A DNA stretch of 64,000 nucleotides from the human T2T-CHM13v2.0 reference genome, Homo sapiens. Both the position numbers and the translations under genes were made by a program. Location: NCBI RefSeq assembly GCF_009914755.1, contig NC_060926.1; one strand, given 5' to 3'. Below are positions 45,751-64,000 of this stretch, in pieces; the stretch's first letter is position 1, and each line of letters begins with the position of its first letter. Below the pieces are notes generated by a model. The model made no database searches. It was not told where the DNA came from and was given only the letters and a program-made list of their open reading frames with translations.

Positions 45751-47369
45751 TAAGACTGGGGTTGTGCATGGCAGGACTTTCTACAAGGACACCCAGTCTC
45801 CTTAATAAACATGAGATGCTCTCTTTCCAGAAGTTCTCTTGCCTGACACAGCATAGGAAGATGCTGAACGGCCACACAGTGACCCATTGGTCAGTGGTGA
45901 TGTAAGGAGGTCGGAGGGGAGGAGTGAGGAGAAGTAGGGAAGACTAGGTGGTTGTAGGCCTCCTTCATCTGTTCATTGGCTGTGGCATTAGGCCAGCTAC
46001 TCTTTGCACTTCTGTAAAGTGAGACGGTCGATCTTGTCTGCCTCTCTAGAGGATGGCTGCAGGTGTCAAATGGGGTAGTTAGGTGGGAGGGCATTTCACA
46101 AAGTTAAAAAATATGACTTTGGAGGCTTGTTATATTGATGAGGATTATAATCCCTGAGAATTCCTGGTATGAAAAAGGGAAAAGAAGATAATTTGTGAAA
46201 GAAATAAGTGTCCAGTTACTAGTCTTTGAAAAGGGTCAGTCTGTAGCTCTTCTTAATGAGAATAGGCAGCTTTCAGTTGCTCAGGGTCAGATTTCCTTAG
46301 TGGTGTATCTAATCACAGGAAAGATTGTGGTTCCCTCCAGTCTCTTTCTGGGGGAATTGAGCCCACTTCTCATTTCATTTAATTAGATGAAATAGAACTC
46401 AAAGTACAATTTACTGTTGTTTAACAATGCCACAAAGACATGGTTGGGAGCTATTTTTTGATTTGTGTAAAATGCTGTTTTTGTGTGCTCATAATGGTTC
46501 CAAAAATTGGGTGCTGGCTAAAGAGAGATACTGTTACAGAAGCCAGCAAGAAGACCTCTGTTCATTCACACCCCCGGGGGTATCAGGAATTGACTCCAGT
46601 GTGTGCAAATCCAGTTTGCCTATCTTCTCAAGTTAGGGTTGATCGGATAATTATGGAGAAGTACACATTGAAAACTAGAACTAAGCCAAGCAATTAAATA
46701 CGTTTCCTGCCTATTACATGCCTTGGTACTGTGCACAAGAGCTCACTGGGCATCTGAGGGAAGATCACTAACACACACCTCAAATGACTGTGTCTGATTT
46801 CCTAGGAGGACTCAGAAAGGGAGTGATCACTGTGGATTGGACTGGATAGTGCCTCATGCTGGAGGTGGGCTTTGAATGGAGCCTTGAAGGTCGAGAAAAA
46901 GTGATATAAACACTGGCTCCTTCCTTTTAAAGGGACACCACACTGTTTGGGCTTAGTGGTTATAGATGCCTTTAGCACAGCCCAGGAGCAAGCATTTATT
47001 GTCTACCTATCACGTGCTTGGCTTTGGAAATGCAAATAAAAAAGGAGGTCACTATTTTATGAAAGGATGATTTTATTCTACCTGATGTAGCCAGCTGCAA
47101 GCTTCAGAAGGCAGCACATACAATAATGATGGGCTGGTGAGATGAGAGCTAATGGAGAGATGTACAAAGTGCCATGGGATCACCAAGCAGTGGTCAGGTG
47201 AAGGCATCTGATTTTCTTTAAGATCTTGCTCAAATGTCATCTCCTCTAGAAGAAAATGTAGGGCTTCATCAGTCAGACAACATGGGGAAATTGATCTCAG
47301 TTCAAGAAACATGTACATGTATTGATTATCTAATACATTCAAGCAGTTGTGCACTGGGGATAGAAAAAT

Positions 47370-47620
47370 ATCATCATCATCATCATCATCAACAACAACA
47401 ATCTTGCTGTATGCCAGGCACATAATTTTACATGTATTATCTCATTTAATCTCAAACAACTCTATGCTATAGGTGTTTATTATTATCCCTATTTAGATGA
47501 AACATTTAACCTTCAGAGAATTTAAATAAGTTGCACTTGCAAGCTTAGCAGGTGAGGAATCAAATTTGGAATAGGACCTAGATCAGTGATCCCCTAGATC
47601 TACAATCTTAACCAGTACCC
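47370..47620. repeat. (CAT)n/(CAA)n tract followed by a MIR fossil
   Basis: CATCATCAT...CAACAACAA followed by TGCCAGGCAC...TCTCATTTAATC...TTATTATCCCTATTTAGATGA. Confidence 0.7.
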
Positions 47621-48841
47621 TGTTCTCTCTGCTTAGAGAGCACCTAGAGAAAATCTGTAAGCAAATAATCACAAAACAAGGGATGACACAATATATGTAA
47701 ATGTAGGATTTTACATTAAGTGGAAGAAGGAAGGTCATTATTTACTTTTTCTGGGTGAGAGATGAAAACACTTCTGCAAGAGTATTTCCAATTTCACCAA
47801 AGTATGGAAAGATGTTTATCCTAATAACAATACTCAGTAAATGGTATTTGATTTAACTTCAGCCTAGTACATGATTTGATTCTAAAACAGAACATTTCCT
47901 TAGAATTTCGATATCTGGAATTCTGTAGCTCAATGGTTTTGGTGGAAAATTGACTATTAATATTTTATATACTTTTAATAGTTTTGGGGCTAAATGAATC
48001 AAATCTATTCATAACTCTAAGTTTTCAAATTCTGACATCTTTTAGAGTTGTTTAGTTAAAACTAGCTCTTTTCTTCCAGTTCGTTAGCTTACCAAATGAG
48101 CCAAAATAAAAAACAAAAATTTATTTTCAGTCCGATATAGAAAGTTATTTATAGTTACATGGTGCTATCTCTTCCTTTAAAAACATTTCTTCTTTCTTTT
48201 TTTCTCCCTTTCTCTTTTTGAGGGGATTATAAACACTGCCAGTATTTTTTGCCTAAAGGGTAAATCCTCTTAAACTCTTTTGGGATCTATATTAGGTGCC
48301 AGATGGTCATAAGAAAATTATGTGAGATACTGGTGAATAAACAAGCAAACCAGAAGCTAGGTTTTCAGAATAGATGCTAGCCAGTAGTTCACAGGCATTA
48401 TCCAGCAACTGGTGGGGATCTACTTGGCCAGCCCGTGACCACTGAGATGTGAACTTCCCTGGACCTTGGCAGTCAAGAGGGAGAGAGGCAGAGAAAGCTC
48501 CATTATCATCACTAATTCCCTTTTGACCACACGTGACAGCATGACCTGCTTCAAAGAAATAAGATAAATGGTGGTTAGGTGCCCCCACAGGCCCACAGTA
48601 GCCCATTCAACAAAGAGCAAAAGTAAAACTATTCCTGATGGATTTAGCAACATCATAGTTCACTTGTGAGGCAACAGGCTTTTATTGCTTGCTTTGGGAC
48701 TGGCTTCTTCTCACTTTCTGTGGGAAAGTGAGCCTACCTGACTTAGAAACAAAATTTTGGAACACAAACCCTTTGTAAGTTGGGAGATCCCTAAACTAAA
48801 ATTTCAAGTGAGATGAAAAGCCCCTTGAGAAAGAAATTTCT

Positions 48842-49216
48842 GGCTGGGCATGGTGGCTGATACCTCTAATTCCAGCACGTTGGAAGGTTGAGGCAGGAAG
48901 ATCACTTGAGGCCAGGAGTTTGAGACCAGCCTAAGCAACATAGGGAAACCCCTGTGATATAGTTTGGATCTGTGTCCCCACCCAAATCTCATGTTGAACT
49001 GTAATCCCCAGTGTGGTAGGTGGGGTCTGGAGGGAGGTGACTGGATTAGGAGGGTGGATTTCTCATGAATGGTTTAGTACTATCTCCTTGGTACTCCTCA
49101 TGATAGCAGGTGAGCTCTCGCAAGATCTGGTTGTTTAAAAGTGTGTGGTATCTCCCCCCTCACTCTCTTGTTCCTGCTTTCACTATGTGACATGCCTGCT
49201 CCCCCTTCACAATCTG
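48842..49216 (+). mobile_element. Alu left monomer (48842-48953) joined to a partial MST/THE1-type LTR (48954-49216)
   Basis: GGCTGGGCATGGTGGCT...CAACATAGGGAAACCCC followed by TGATATAGTTTGGATCTGTGTCCCCACCCAAATCTCATG. Confidence 0.8.
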
Positions 49217-49920
49217 CCAATAAATTGTGGCAGGTTATGAGTGTGTGTAATTTATGAGTGCTGATAGGATGAAAGATAGAAAATGATTTTAGATAGAAAG
49301 AAAATAATTCTGGAAGCTTTGAGTCTTCCTCTTGTAATCTATGTTGGTTCTTTTTTAATATACCCTGTTTCAGCACTTACTGACTTGGAGTCTCTCTCAC
49401 AATGACTAAATGTAATATGAGATTCTAGGATGTATACTAGAACAGAAAATGGAAACTAAATAAAAACTGAGGAATTCTGAAAAAGTATGGTCTTTAGATA
49501 ATAATAAGATAACAATATTGATGCCTTAATTGTAATGAATGCACCACACTAATATAAAATTTTAGTAATAGAGAAAGCAGAGTTTGGGTACTTACCAGGA
49601 ATATTATACTATTTTCACAATGTTTCTGTAAACCTTAAAGTGTTCAAAAATTAAAATTTTATTTAAGTCAGTTGCAATATATAAGATTAATTGAACCAAA
49701 ATTGTGGAAAATATAACTTCTGTTATAATGTTCCTTGGAAGCTTCTAAAGACAAGGCCTTTCTTTTCTATTTTTAGTAAAAATTACACGTATTTTCAAGT
49801 CAAACTGTTAATATGTGACAATATTTGCAGTACTGAAAGCTTAATAACTTATAGATTCATGGTAATGAAAAGCAAAGCATAGTGTTTTTGGTTTTGGAAT
49901 ACTGTATGAAATATGTAATC

Positions 49921-50226
<306 letters not shown>

Positions 50227-50308
50227 CAAAACATGTAATCTCTTATTCAAGGTTTATAATAACAGTTATGTGATACTCAGTAAGGGACGGTGATCTATAT
50301 AAAATAAA

Positions 50309-50595
50309 AGGCCAGGCACAGTGGCTTATGCCTGTAATCTCAGCATTTTGGGAGGCCAAGACACGAGGACTGCTTGAGTTCAAAACCAGCTTTGTCAGCA
50401 TAGTGAGACCTCATCTCTACAAAAAAATCAAAAACATTAGCTGGGGGTGGTGTCACACACTGGTAGTCCCAGATATTTGGGAGGATGAGGTAGGAGGATC
50501 CTACCTGAGCCTGGAAGACAAAGGCCACTGCACTTCAGCCTCGGTGACAAAGTAGGATCCTATCTCAAAATAGATAGATAGATAAATAGATAGAT
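50309..50595 (+). mobile_element. AluJ-like element with a (GATA)n tail
   Basis: Diverged Alu dimer ending in TAGATAGATAGATA. Confidence 0.85.
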
Positions 50596-51070
50596 CAATG
50601 TTATTTATCTCAATATTTGAAAGAAAAGTTGAAAAACCTCTGAGCTCAACTAAGAATCAGTTTCTAGAATAAAGAGAAGTATAAATCATTATACCTCTTT
50701 ACTTTAAAAATATTACAGACATTATAAGTATTTTAATAACAAAAAAATCAAATACTTTATATATACTTTGTAATCTGTCCTTTACAAAATCATTTAACCT
50801 TTATGACAGGAGCTACTATGGTGCTCATTCCACAGATGAGGTGCTGAGGTTTAGTGAACTGAATAGCTTGTTCACAGACAGTTGGAGACAGAGACTCAGT
50901 TTGCCCATACAAAGATAATTTTAACCAATAGCATTTTACAATAGAATATCATAATACCTATGAATTCTAAAAACATTTTATTCAAATCTCTCTTTTAATA
51001 TTAGCACCTCTTCAACCTCTTCTTGACTCTACCACCAAATTTATCTTCCTAATTTCTCTTACCCTGTAAA

Positions 51071-51074
<4 letters not shown>

Positions 51075-51129
<55 letters not shown>

Positions 51130-51135
51130 TAGAGA
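51075..51135. repeat. (TG)n(AG)n compound microsatellite
   Basis: Direct reading of the sequence. Confidence 0.95.
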
Positions 51136-51879
51136 CAGGGAAAGAGTGAGTTTACCAAAAAAATAAGATAGGAAGGTTGTCGTAACATCTTCCATTTCTC
51201 AATTCTGAAGTCCCCATTTTCATCCCTGGGAGAGTTGTTCTAGGATAGGGTAGCTAAAGGAACAGAGAAAATCAGAGTAATGGAATTAGCTAAAAGGGAA
51301 AGTGGTGACCTGAAGACCAAACACTAAAGAAGGGGCCAGTGAATGGCAAAGAAAGTGCAGAGCAAAAAACATGCAGGTAGATGGGGTCCTAGTTAGTGAA
51401 GGCCCACAGGCTGGAGGGTAAACCCATGCAAGGGTCAAGTTTAATACAGTGAAAATATAAGATGGGAGACCTACCACAGAGAACCAACACTTGGCATGTT
51501 TCTGATGACAGTGTTTAGATTGCAGTGGTTCTAAAAATTAAGTGATTTTGGAATTGGCATTCCATGTCATTTTAAAAGATAAATGATAAAGTAAATGTTT
51601 TATTCAGATCTCTCTCTCCCTCCCCACCCACCTTTTTCCCTCCATTCTTCTGTTTTTAATGGGGACGTTTAAAATCCAATCTCACATTAATTTTTTCTTA
51701 AGTGTAAATAATGGGAAAACTTCACTTCGAGAGGGGGCTCCTCAGTAGACCTCCATAATTTCCTGGCTTTTACTGCCAGTTAGTCATCAGGAATAGCCAT
51801 GGCTAAGAGAGTACCAACTGGGCAAGCCAGTGAATTATACCAGTGCATCTCAGATTTATTGATTTGTTTAACTTTTGTT

Positions 51880-51985
51880 TTTTGTTCTTTTTTTTTTTTC
51901 AGAGATAGAATCTCACTATGTTGACCAGGCTGGTCTTGAACTCTTGGCACCCAAGCGATCCTTTTGCCTGGAATCCCAAAGTGTC
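51880..51985 (-). mobile_element. FLAM/Alu monomer fragment
   Basis: Poly-T followed by TCTCACTATGTTGACCAGGCTGGTCTTGAACTC. Confidence 0.75.
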
Positions 51986-53852
51986 AGATTTACTGAAGAA
52001 TATTTCATTGTAATTACTTTTTATACTTTATAGGTCAAGAGCTCTGTTTTAAAGACAAAATTTATTGAATATACTTTTTCAAACAAAGTTTCATGTTCTA
52101 ATCATTGTCTGATTTCAGCATTAAATGAAACACAGTAAAGAAAGTTGGGCTGATGTTGTTGGTGGTTGTTTTTGTATTCTGATTACAGAACTGTATTTTG
52201 AGTGGGCTGAACATAGAGCAAATGCATCCTCAGCTGCTGGTCTAGAAACTTTTTTTCCATGAGTGAAACTGCACATTGGGGATGGTGGGTCGGGGCTGTG
52301 AGTCCAGAGAGTTAAGCAGTAACCCCAAAGATTTTAACTGGGATCCAGAACAGCTTTTATCATCGCTCTTCTTTATGTCTATATTTATCTTTAGTAATTG
52401 TACCATATGCTGCATTTTCCACTGGTTACATAGGTAAGCCTAGTCCTCCCCAGAACATTCTTACACCAATGATGGTGACAATATGCTGTATTTCTTTTGT
52501 ATCGACTCCTTACTTACTGTAGCTACTCAAATTGTACTAAGACCACTGGTACTAATCTGCAAACTAATTTTGAAGTACCTGGAAGTACAGATTTGAAAAC
52601 CTTTTATAGCAATCTGACATTGCCACAGTATTTTACATTTTACAAAAAATAAAAGTCTTTCACTCTGGGTAGTTTGAAAAGCACCACTGCAGAGAAAATA
52701 GTTGACACTTCACAAATGCTTATTTGATTTTCCTGAAGGTGATAAGTAAATTAGATATTCTATAATGCGTTATCTTTAACACAAAAATTAAAGTAACTAT
52801 TTAAACAATTAAATAACAGAAATTCAGATTCATGGTAAAATCAAAGAATATAAACTAAAAATTCCCTATATTTTCTATATTTTCTCAGAAAATATCAATA
52901 AATATATTTTCTGAGAAAATATAAATAAAATTTCCCTACATTTTCTGAGCTTGAGTAACTCTTTAACAAAATGTTGACATAGATAAGCACTTCAGCATTC
53001 ATGGATAAGCATACTTTCATAAAATCTGAAGAAAAATATATTTGATAATTCCAATGCCTGTCTCAGAGCTACTTTTTCTGCTGGTACCTCTGACTGGAAT
53101 GCTTTCTCTCTCAACTCATACTTTTAAATTCTAGCCCCCTTTCAGGATCCAAATGCTCCATTTTGTAGAACATGTTTATTAAAATAGTTTATACTCTCTT
53201 ATTGTATTATTATATGATGCGTTAATTCATGGCAACTTGTTAATATGTCATATTTCCTCTTAAGCTTCTTAAGACGAGACCATTTATTATCACTTTGTAT
53301 ATTTTTAATCTTTCCCAGAATAGGTGCTCTATAAATGCTTACTCAGTTAACATCATTAAATAAGGCAACACAATGTAATTTTCACTATTAATAACGACTG
53401 CATTAGCAGGGCAAGGACTCTGAGGTATTTGTCTGACAAGCATTCAAAATTGCTAGCCAATGTTAGAACTAGAAATTTTGGAAAAGGTAGTGAGGTCAAG
53501 TCATTGACTGACCTTGGCTTTACTCATACATACTCTAACCAGATGGATACACATCAGAGCCTCAGCGTCTCAGAGTTTGAATGGGCCATAGGCACCACCT
53601 AAACTAATAGTCAAACCAGAAAAAGTATACGAGGACACTTGGAAGATGTATTGAGTTGTTAACCTAAAAGTTAAGAGAACCGAGAATCTAAATGGTGGTT
53701 GGTTAAGAAAAATACCATCTCACAAAAGAATACTCCTAACCACTACTGCAAAAAACATACTTTTGGGGAAAATAGACCCATATGGTTTGTACACATTCTC
53801 AAATATCTAAAAGTGACTTGGGCTTGATAAGTAGTTCTACATGCTTCTGTTA

Positions 53853-56097
<2,245 letters not shown>

Positions 56098-56931
56098 AGA
56101 TTTCGAATTTAGTTTGAACCTTCAATGTATACCTTAAGCAAGTGACTTGAAGGAAATTTGAATGCTGTGTGCCTTCTCCCAGCTCTGCCTCACTGAGGAT
56201 GGGAACCCAGTGGCACCTGAGACTCCTGGATGTAGTGCCTGGGTGACATTCCTGTGGAGAAAAGCACTTTAGGGCCAGTCTCTAGATGTCTTCTCATGAG
56301 TCTTCTGCTTTCACATGAAGCTTTTTAGAAGACAGAAGGAAAAAAATGTGAGAAGAAATACCTTACCCTTCCAGAAGATAGACCTGTTGTGCAGAGGTGC
56401 ATACAACTGAGGACAGGGTTCAACGTTTTAAATTTCCACGTAGTTTCTGTGACTTCATTTAAGAGACCGTTTTTTGAATTCCATGGTTCCAATTTGTGTC
56501 TATTTTCCTGTTCACATAAATTTATAGGAATATACATGCCAGCTGTGAGAGATGACTTTATTTCACTGTTGCTCTTATATCCCCCTACAGTTGTCACAAG
56601 GACACCGATATCACACAGTGACATGAACCTAGACATATAGTACACTTGGCAGAAGAATTTGCCAGGTCTAGCCCAGCAGTCCATTCAATGATCTAAAATT
56701 GTGATACAGAGAAAAACAGAAACACATATGAAACACTATAGTCAAGATACCCTGAAGTAAAAAACAGAGTAATTTTGACTGATGCATGACACATGCAGAG
56801 CCATATTGCACATGTATGTGCATATGTAAGGATCATATTGTATGATCATATTGTATGATCCTTCTCTATAATCTGTGTTTATAGGGCATATCTATGTACA
56901 ACCTCTATTACACAGAATTAGGCTCAGCCAG

Positions 56932-58989
<2,058 letters not shown>

Positions 58990-59036
58990 TGAACCTACCC
59001 CCCGTGCACCTACCCCCCGTGCACCTCAAGACTCAC

Positions 59037-62000
59037 CGCCCACAGCCTCGCTCAGGAAGATGGGCAGCAGCTCAGCACTCAGCCATGCCAGGTGAGGTGT
59101 GTGAGGCCTGGGCCAGGCCGTGGCACCACCAGCAAGTCGCCCTGGCGGATGCGCAGCAGGGCCACGTGTGCCCGCAGCAGGCTCAGTGAGTGCTGCAGCA
59201 GGCTCCACAGCTGCCCAGAGAAGCCTACATCAAAGTCACGCAACAGTATCTCCTCCGTCAGCCAGGAGAACTCCCCTAGGAGCTGCTACAGGAACACACC
59301 CTGGGTGGGCAAAGCAGGGCTGAGCAGCAGGGCCACACATCCACCCCCCCACCCCAACCGCCCAGGTCCCCACCACATTGCACCCCCTACCTTCTGATGC
59401 TTGAAGAGCAGCAGCGTCGCCATGATGGCCGTGCTCATCACCGCAGAGCTCCCCACACTGGCTGGAGTGGGGCGGAGGGTGGAGATGCTGGTCAGGTTGA
59501 GGCCCAGCAGCCTGGTCCCTCCATGATCTGGCAAGTCTTCCTAGCCACACATCCCAACTCCACCCCAGGGATGAGGAACGTATGCCCGGAGCAGTGGTGT
59601 TTATCATCACACACAGGCTGAGAGCAGGCCAGGAGCTGGGGGCCTTTCCCTAGATCTCATCGTAGGGCCCACACATCAACCCACAGCCTCTACTAGAGGG
59701 GCACTGAAGAAGATACAGATGGATCTCCCTATAAGGGCCCTCTGCAGAGGCACTATGCTAAGCCCCTTACACGTATCATTCCATTCAGTTAACACCATCC
59801 CCACCCAAAGCTAAGGAGACTCCGCTCAGAAGGCAGGGCTGGGTGTGGCCTTGGGGAAGCAGCTGCAGCCTCCTGGCCTCAGGCCACCATCTCTGTGCAT
59901 GCACTTAGCTGCTCCCTCATGATGGCCCTGGCTGCCTGCTCCTCCTGTAGGAGGAGGGTTCCATTCTTCTTCAGATGTCCCCGAGGTACCACAGAGGGCC
60001 TCAGGTGCAGACACTCACTTGGAATGGAGAACCCTGGTGACTGGCTGACCCCGACAGAGGGGACGGTTCAGTGACCCACCCTCAAAGGCCCAGATCTGGT
60101 TCACCCTCACCACTCAGGACATGACAGCTCAGTCTCCTGACCAGGAGCTGGTCCTCTTCCTTGAGGGCCAGGAGAGGCCCAGTTATGGGGGTCCACTCCT
60201 GCTCCTTCTCAGTGTCTGGGACAGCAGTACTGAGATAGAGACACAGATTACAGGATGAAGGGTCCAAACACAAAAACAGCTGTGGGAATGCCTAGAGCTT
60301 TCTAAAAGGTGAGGGTGTTTCCCCCTCCCAGCCCCAGGACAGAGGATGGCTTCTATAATCCCCAGTCCCATCCAGGCCTCTGTGCCATACCCCACACTCA
60401 GACTGTTGGCAAGGCGAGTACCTGGAACTATTCTAGATGACCCCAGGATATTTGGTGAGGGAGGGCTGCTAGTGTGTGTATATGGGGGATACATAAGCTG
60501 GTGCTGAAGGGCTGCTTGCCTTGCCCCCTGAGACCCCACACTCCCGTGCCCCTACCATTGGCCCAGCACGATGGGCTGCAGTAGCTGCTCCAGGGTCTGT
60601 CTGCCGCCCCAGCAGCTTCTGGCACTGACGATGTATTCCTGCCCAGGAGAAGGCTCTTAGGTGGCCTGCTCGGGCCCACCAGGAAACTTGCACACAGCCC
60701 ACTGGAAGTAGGCAAAGCTATCCCTGCAGTGGCTTTGAGGGCCAGGCTGCCAGGATGCCTAGGACAGACACCCCAGGTACTCCCAGCCTTCCCCAGCTGG
60801 CTCCATACCTGCAGGGAAAAGGGCTGAGCTAGGCGCACCCGGGAGCAGATCCGGTGGCTGCAGCCCCAGCGGCTCCACAAGCTACGTAGGACAGCCAGAG
60901 CTCCTGTCCACAGCCCCAGGGGGGCCGAGGCCTGCAAGGAGGGAAAGGATAACTATACTCGCCGAGGACACTGCTCTCGGGCGGACATCAGGGCTGCCCA
61001 CCCATCCTGGTCTCCAGAGGTATCCTCTGGTCCCACCCTGCTCAGTTTTATCTCAGGCCCAAACTGGTGCGTGACCTTGTCCCAAGCTCCTCTTTCCTTA
61101 TCCATGACACAGGAAAAATCCCTCCCTATCAAGGTCTTCAGAGGATGAAATGAGATGATGGTAATGGCCTTGACAGGTGCTGCCAGATGATTGTAAGGAC
61201 GATTCCTTTGTGCCCCCCACAGCCCTAAGTGGGGCTCAGCCACAGGACACAATATTGTGCCTCCTATCGGGAGCTGGTGTCCACCTAGGGGCCCAAGGGG
61301 CTGGAAGGTCTCACATTCTCACATGGTCTATGTCACACGGTGCATCCGGAACCAGGTCATAGGTGACGGCCACTGGTACCAGCAGAGCATCTGGGACGAT
61401 GCCCACCTGGACTGCCTGCACCACAAACCCCACCCAAGCCTGGCCCAGGGCTGACAGCCGTGGCCCCAGAGCCCCAGGAGGTTCCTCCAGGAAGATGAGC
61501 AGGGGCTGCCCACTAACCAGCAGCTGCTCTATGACCTGGAATAGGAGGGGTCAGAGGGGGTGTTAAGGCCAGAGCAGAAACAGACCCCTGTCCCCTTAGC
61601 CTGGCCCATATGTAACCACTGGGGGCACTCACCGCCTGGACCACAGCCCTGGCAAGGAGCCCCTCAGAGCTGTCCAGGGAGAGGCTGGCCTCTGGGGGCA
61701 GGAAAAGCCCCCCAAGCTTCCTCAGCAGAGCTCTGTGGGACATAGGGCAGAGCCTGATAAGGAAAGGGGCTCTGAAGATGTGAATGAGTAAGGGGCTAGT
61801 GAGAGTCTCAGCTCCCCCATGGCCAGCCTGTGTCCTACTTGAATACCCTGAGGCAAAGCCATGGCCCTAGGCCCTGTGGCTGACACCTCCATCTAAGCCC
61901 CACAGGCTAGACTGCTGTATGGCTCGGAGCAGAGAGGCCACGAAGAGGGCCTTTAGTAGGGAGCTGCTGCCAACACACCCCGATACACACCCCGCCCCAG

Positions 62001-62716
62001 CCTGCGACTTCTCCCATGTATGTCTAGAGGCAAAAGGTTTTTACCTGAGGGCAGGGGAGCAGGCGCGGGAGTCCCAGGCCACACGAAGCACACCCAGGCC
62101 CTGGGAGAGCAGCATAAAGGGCAGCAGGATCCCATCCAGGAGGGTTTTGTGAGTAGAGAGGAGGACAAGCGGCAAGCCCTGCTCCGGGGAGAGCCAGAGG
62201 GAAGTGCCAACCTGCCCCACCCTGAGGACACAGGCAGCCAAAGACCCAGGGCAGCCCCAGAGGGAGGGACAGTTCAGCTGCAGAGTTCTTCCTCTGAGCA
62301 CATTTCCCAAAAGCAAAGGAGCCTTTAGACAACTCTTAAGGTAACTGCACCGACGCACTGACGTCATGGTTGTTAAGACCATGATGGAAAGACGTTAGAG
62401 GAAGCCCCATGGGAGCAGGGCCGTGAGACATAAGGGAAGGTCGGCAAAGAGCAGGGGATTTTTCCCACCAGCTGATGGGGACTGGACTGCTGTATGGCTG
62501 GGAACAGAGAGGCCAGGAAGCAGGACCAGATGGGGACTGCTCCTGACTTAAGGGCTTGGCCCAGCCTCTGCTCTTCTGCTCCCACCATCCCCAACCCAAT
62601 GGAGGGCGGGCCTTACTGCCTGGGCGGCCTTCTGGACCATCTTCATCTGACCCTTGTGGAGCTGCACATTCAGGAACAGGCAGTTCAGGAACCTCAGCAG
62701 CGCCCAGCTGAACAGC
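59037..62716 (-). pseudogene. GPAT2P1: Unprocessed GPAT2 (glycerol-3-phosphate acyltransferase 2) pseudogene, 3'-truncated. Nine exons in window: 62617-62716, 62045-62178, 61633-61732, 61323-61535, 60809-60931, 60556-60638, 60111-60229, 59391-59461, 59037-59300.
   Basis: Spliced translation LFSWALLRFLNCLFLNVQLHKGQMKMVQKAAQA/GLPLVLLSTHKTLLDG (HxxxxD motif)...IFLEEPPG...LLLFKHQK matches GPAT2, and all AG/GT sites are intact. The last exon has an in-frame TAG (59286-59288) and a 5-bp duplication. Downstream exons are absent and upstream exons lie beyond the window. Confidence 0.9.
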
Positions 62717-63202
62717 CTGGGGAGGGACACCAGGCCTGAGGTGCGGCAAGGAGTGACGCTCGGCCCGTGGCACTTGGAGGGCTGCCCAGTGCTCCTTAGG
62801 GCAGGCCCCGCCACTATCCTCATTTTACAGAAGAAGGAAAGTGAGACTCAGGGAAGCTACAGAACTGCTTCCTGGTAGTGAACGCTAAGAAGTAGCAGTG
62901 CTGGGACTGGAAGTTCTGACACCAGAGTTCATGCCCACCAGACGCTGCTACTCTCCCACGACCTCATGGTGGAGCTGCCTCACATCAGAATCAGAGCATC
63001 TGCCTCAATTTACCCTAAAGGAGACTAGAGGACCAAGCCTCTCTCCAGGCAGAACCCAGCCTGGTCTTCACAATCTACCAGAAAAGGTGAAATAAAAAGG
63101 AAGGATTAGTAATAGAAGAAGGAAAGGGGATAACTGCAGGGGCAAAATCCCTGGTGGGCAGGTGGGTGGGGTTGTCCCTGCAGCCCAACAGGAGGACCAG
63201 CT

Positions 63203-63491
63203 CTATTTATTTTTTAGGACAGGGTCTTGCTCTGTTGCCCAGGCTGAAGTGCAGTGGCACAAACTTGGCTCACTACAACCTCTGCCTCCTGGGCTCAAGC
63301 GATCCTCCCACCTCAGCCTCTCAAGCATCTAGGACCACAGGCACGCAACAGTGCACCCGGCTAATTTTTGGAGAGACAAGTTTGCCCTGGCTGGTCTATG
63401 TCGCCCAGGCTGGTCTTCAGCTCTTGGGTGATCCACCCCGCTCAGCCTCCCAAAGTGCTGATATTACAGGTGTGAGCCACTGCACCGGCAT
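63203..63491 (-). mobile_element. AluJ-like element in a GPAT2 intron
   Basis: Diverged Alu with TSD AGGACCAGCT at 63193-63202 and 63492-63501. Confidence 0.85.
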
Positions 63492-64000
63492 AGGACCAGC
63501 TTTAATTTAGGACAGACACATAGCTGTAGTAGCAGGGAAATGTGCTGGATAAGCAGCAAGTCCCCATGTGATGGCTTTTATCTTTCTGTGAAGCATGAGA
63601 TGGGGAATCAGTTGACAGTGGATAAGTCTAAGAAGGAGCAGGCTGGGTGGGAGCCCTGGAGAGTGCCATGTGTCCCTGTGACATTTGCACTTAGCAAGGA
63701 AACCAGTCCACTGGTATGTGTTTCTCTGGCAACGCTGGGCTGCTCAGGTGCAAAGAGAAGGTAGACAGCGGGGGGTCATGCCCATGACTCCCTCGAAAGA
63801 GCATTATTAGCACCCCGAGCCTGCAATCTGAGCTAGGCTTGGAGGGAAGGAAACACAGAAAGGGAGGCTGATGGCTGATGTCAAGGTAGGCAGATCAAGA
63901 GACTAGAACAGCAGAGGGCTGGTCAAGGTCACCAACAACCTCTACTTTCTGTCCTTGCTCAGTTGGCCACTCAGCACATTCAAGACAGCTGAGCTTGACA

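Noticed and set aside
59037-62716. Functional GPAT2 gene
   Set aside because: In-frame TAG, 5-bp frameshift, and loss of all exons after ...LSEAVG.

Overview
Primate (most likely human) genomic DNA, a segmental-duplication mosaic whose gene order matches my recollection of chr2q11 read in reverse: ANKRD36C 3' end, LINC00342 region, GPAT2P1. No database check was possible. (1) 1.7-8.1 kb: the last six coding exons of an ANKRD36-family gene (+), intact in frame to the stop in ...MLQVFES*. (2) 9-22 kb: old repeats (MER1A, Alus, L1M, Tigger1, MST) plus a few orphan exon-like segments. (3) 22.3-28.2 kb: the most unusual structure, a ~5.6 kb imperfect fold-back built from an old L1 5'UTR. It holds a ~103-bp tandem array in both orientations (7 copies, then ~30 copies) and abuts two head-to-head L1 5' ends. 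(4) 28.4-44 kb: three nested L1s, the innermost 5'-inverted, plus an Alu. (5) 44-57 kb: an AT-rich block with an isolated, splice-intact 85-nt exon nearly identical to exon 3 of NEBL/LASP2, which no ORF in the track reveals. (6) 59-64 kb: a GC-rich, 3'-truncated unprocessed GPAT2 pseudogene (-) with a nonsense codon and a 5-bp frameshift. Most ORFs in the track are repeat-derived or spurious. I see no prokaryote-type system (CRISPR, operon).
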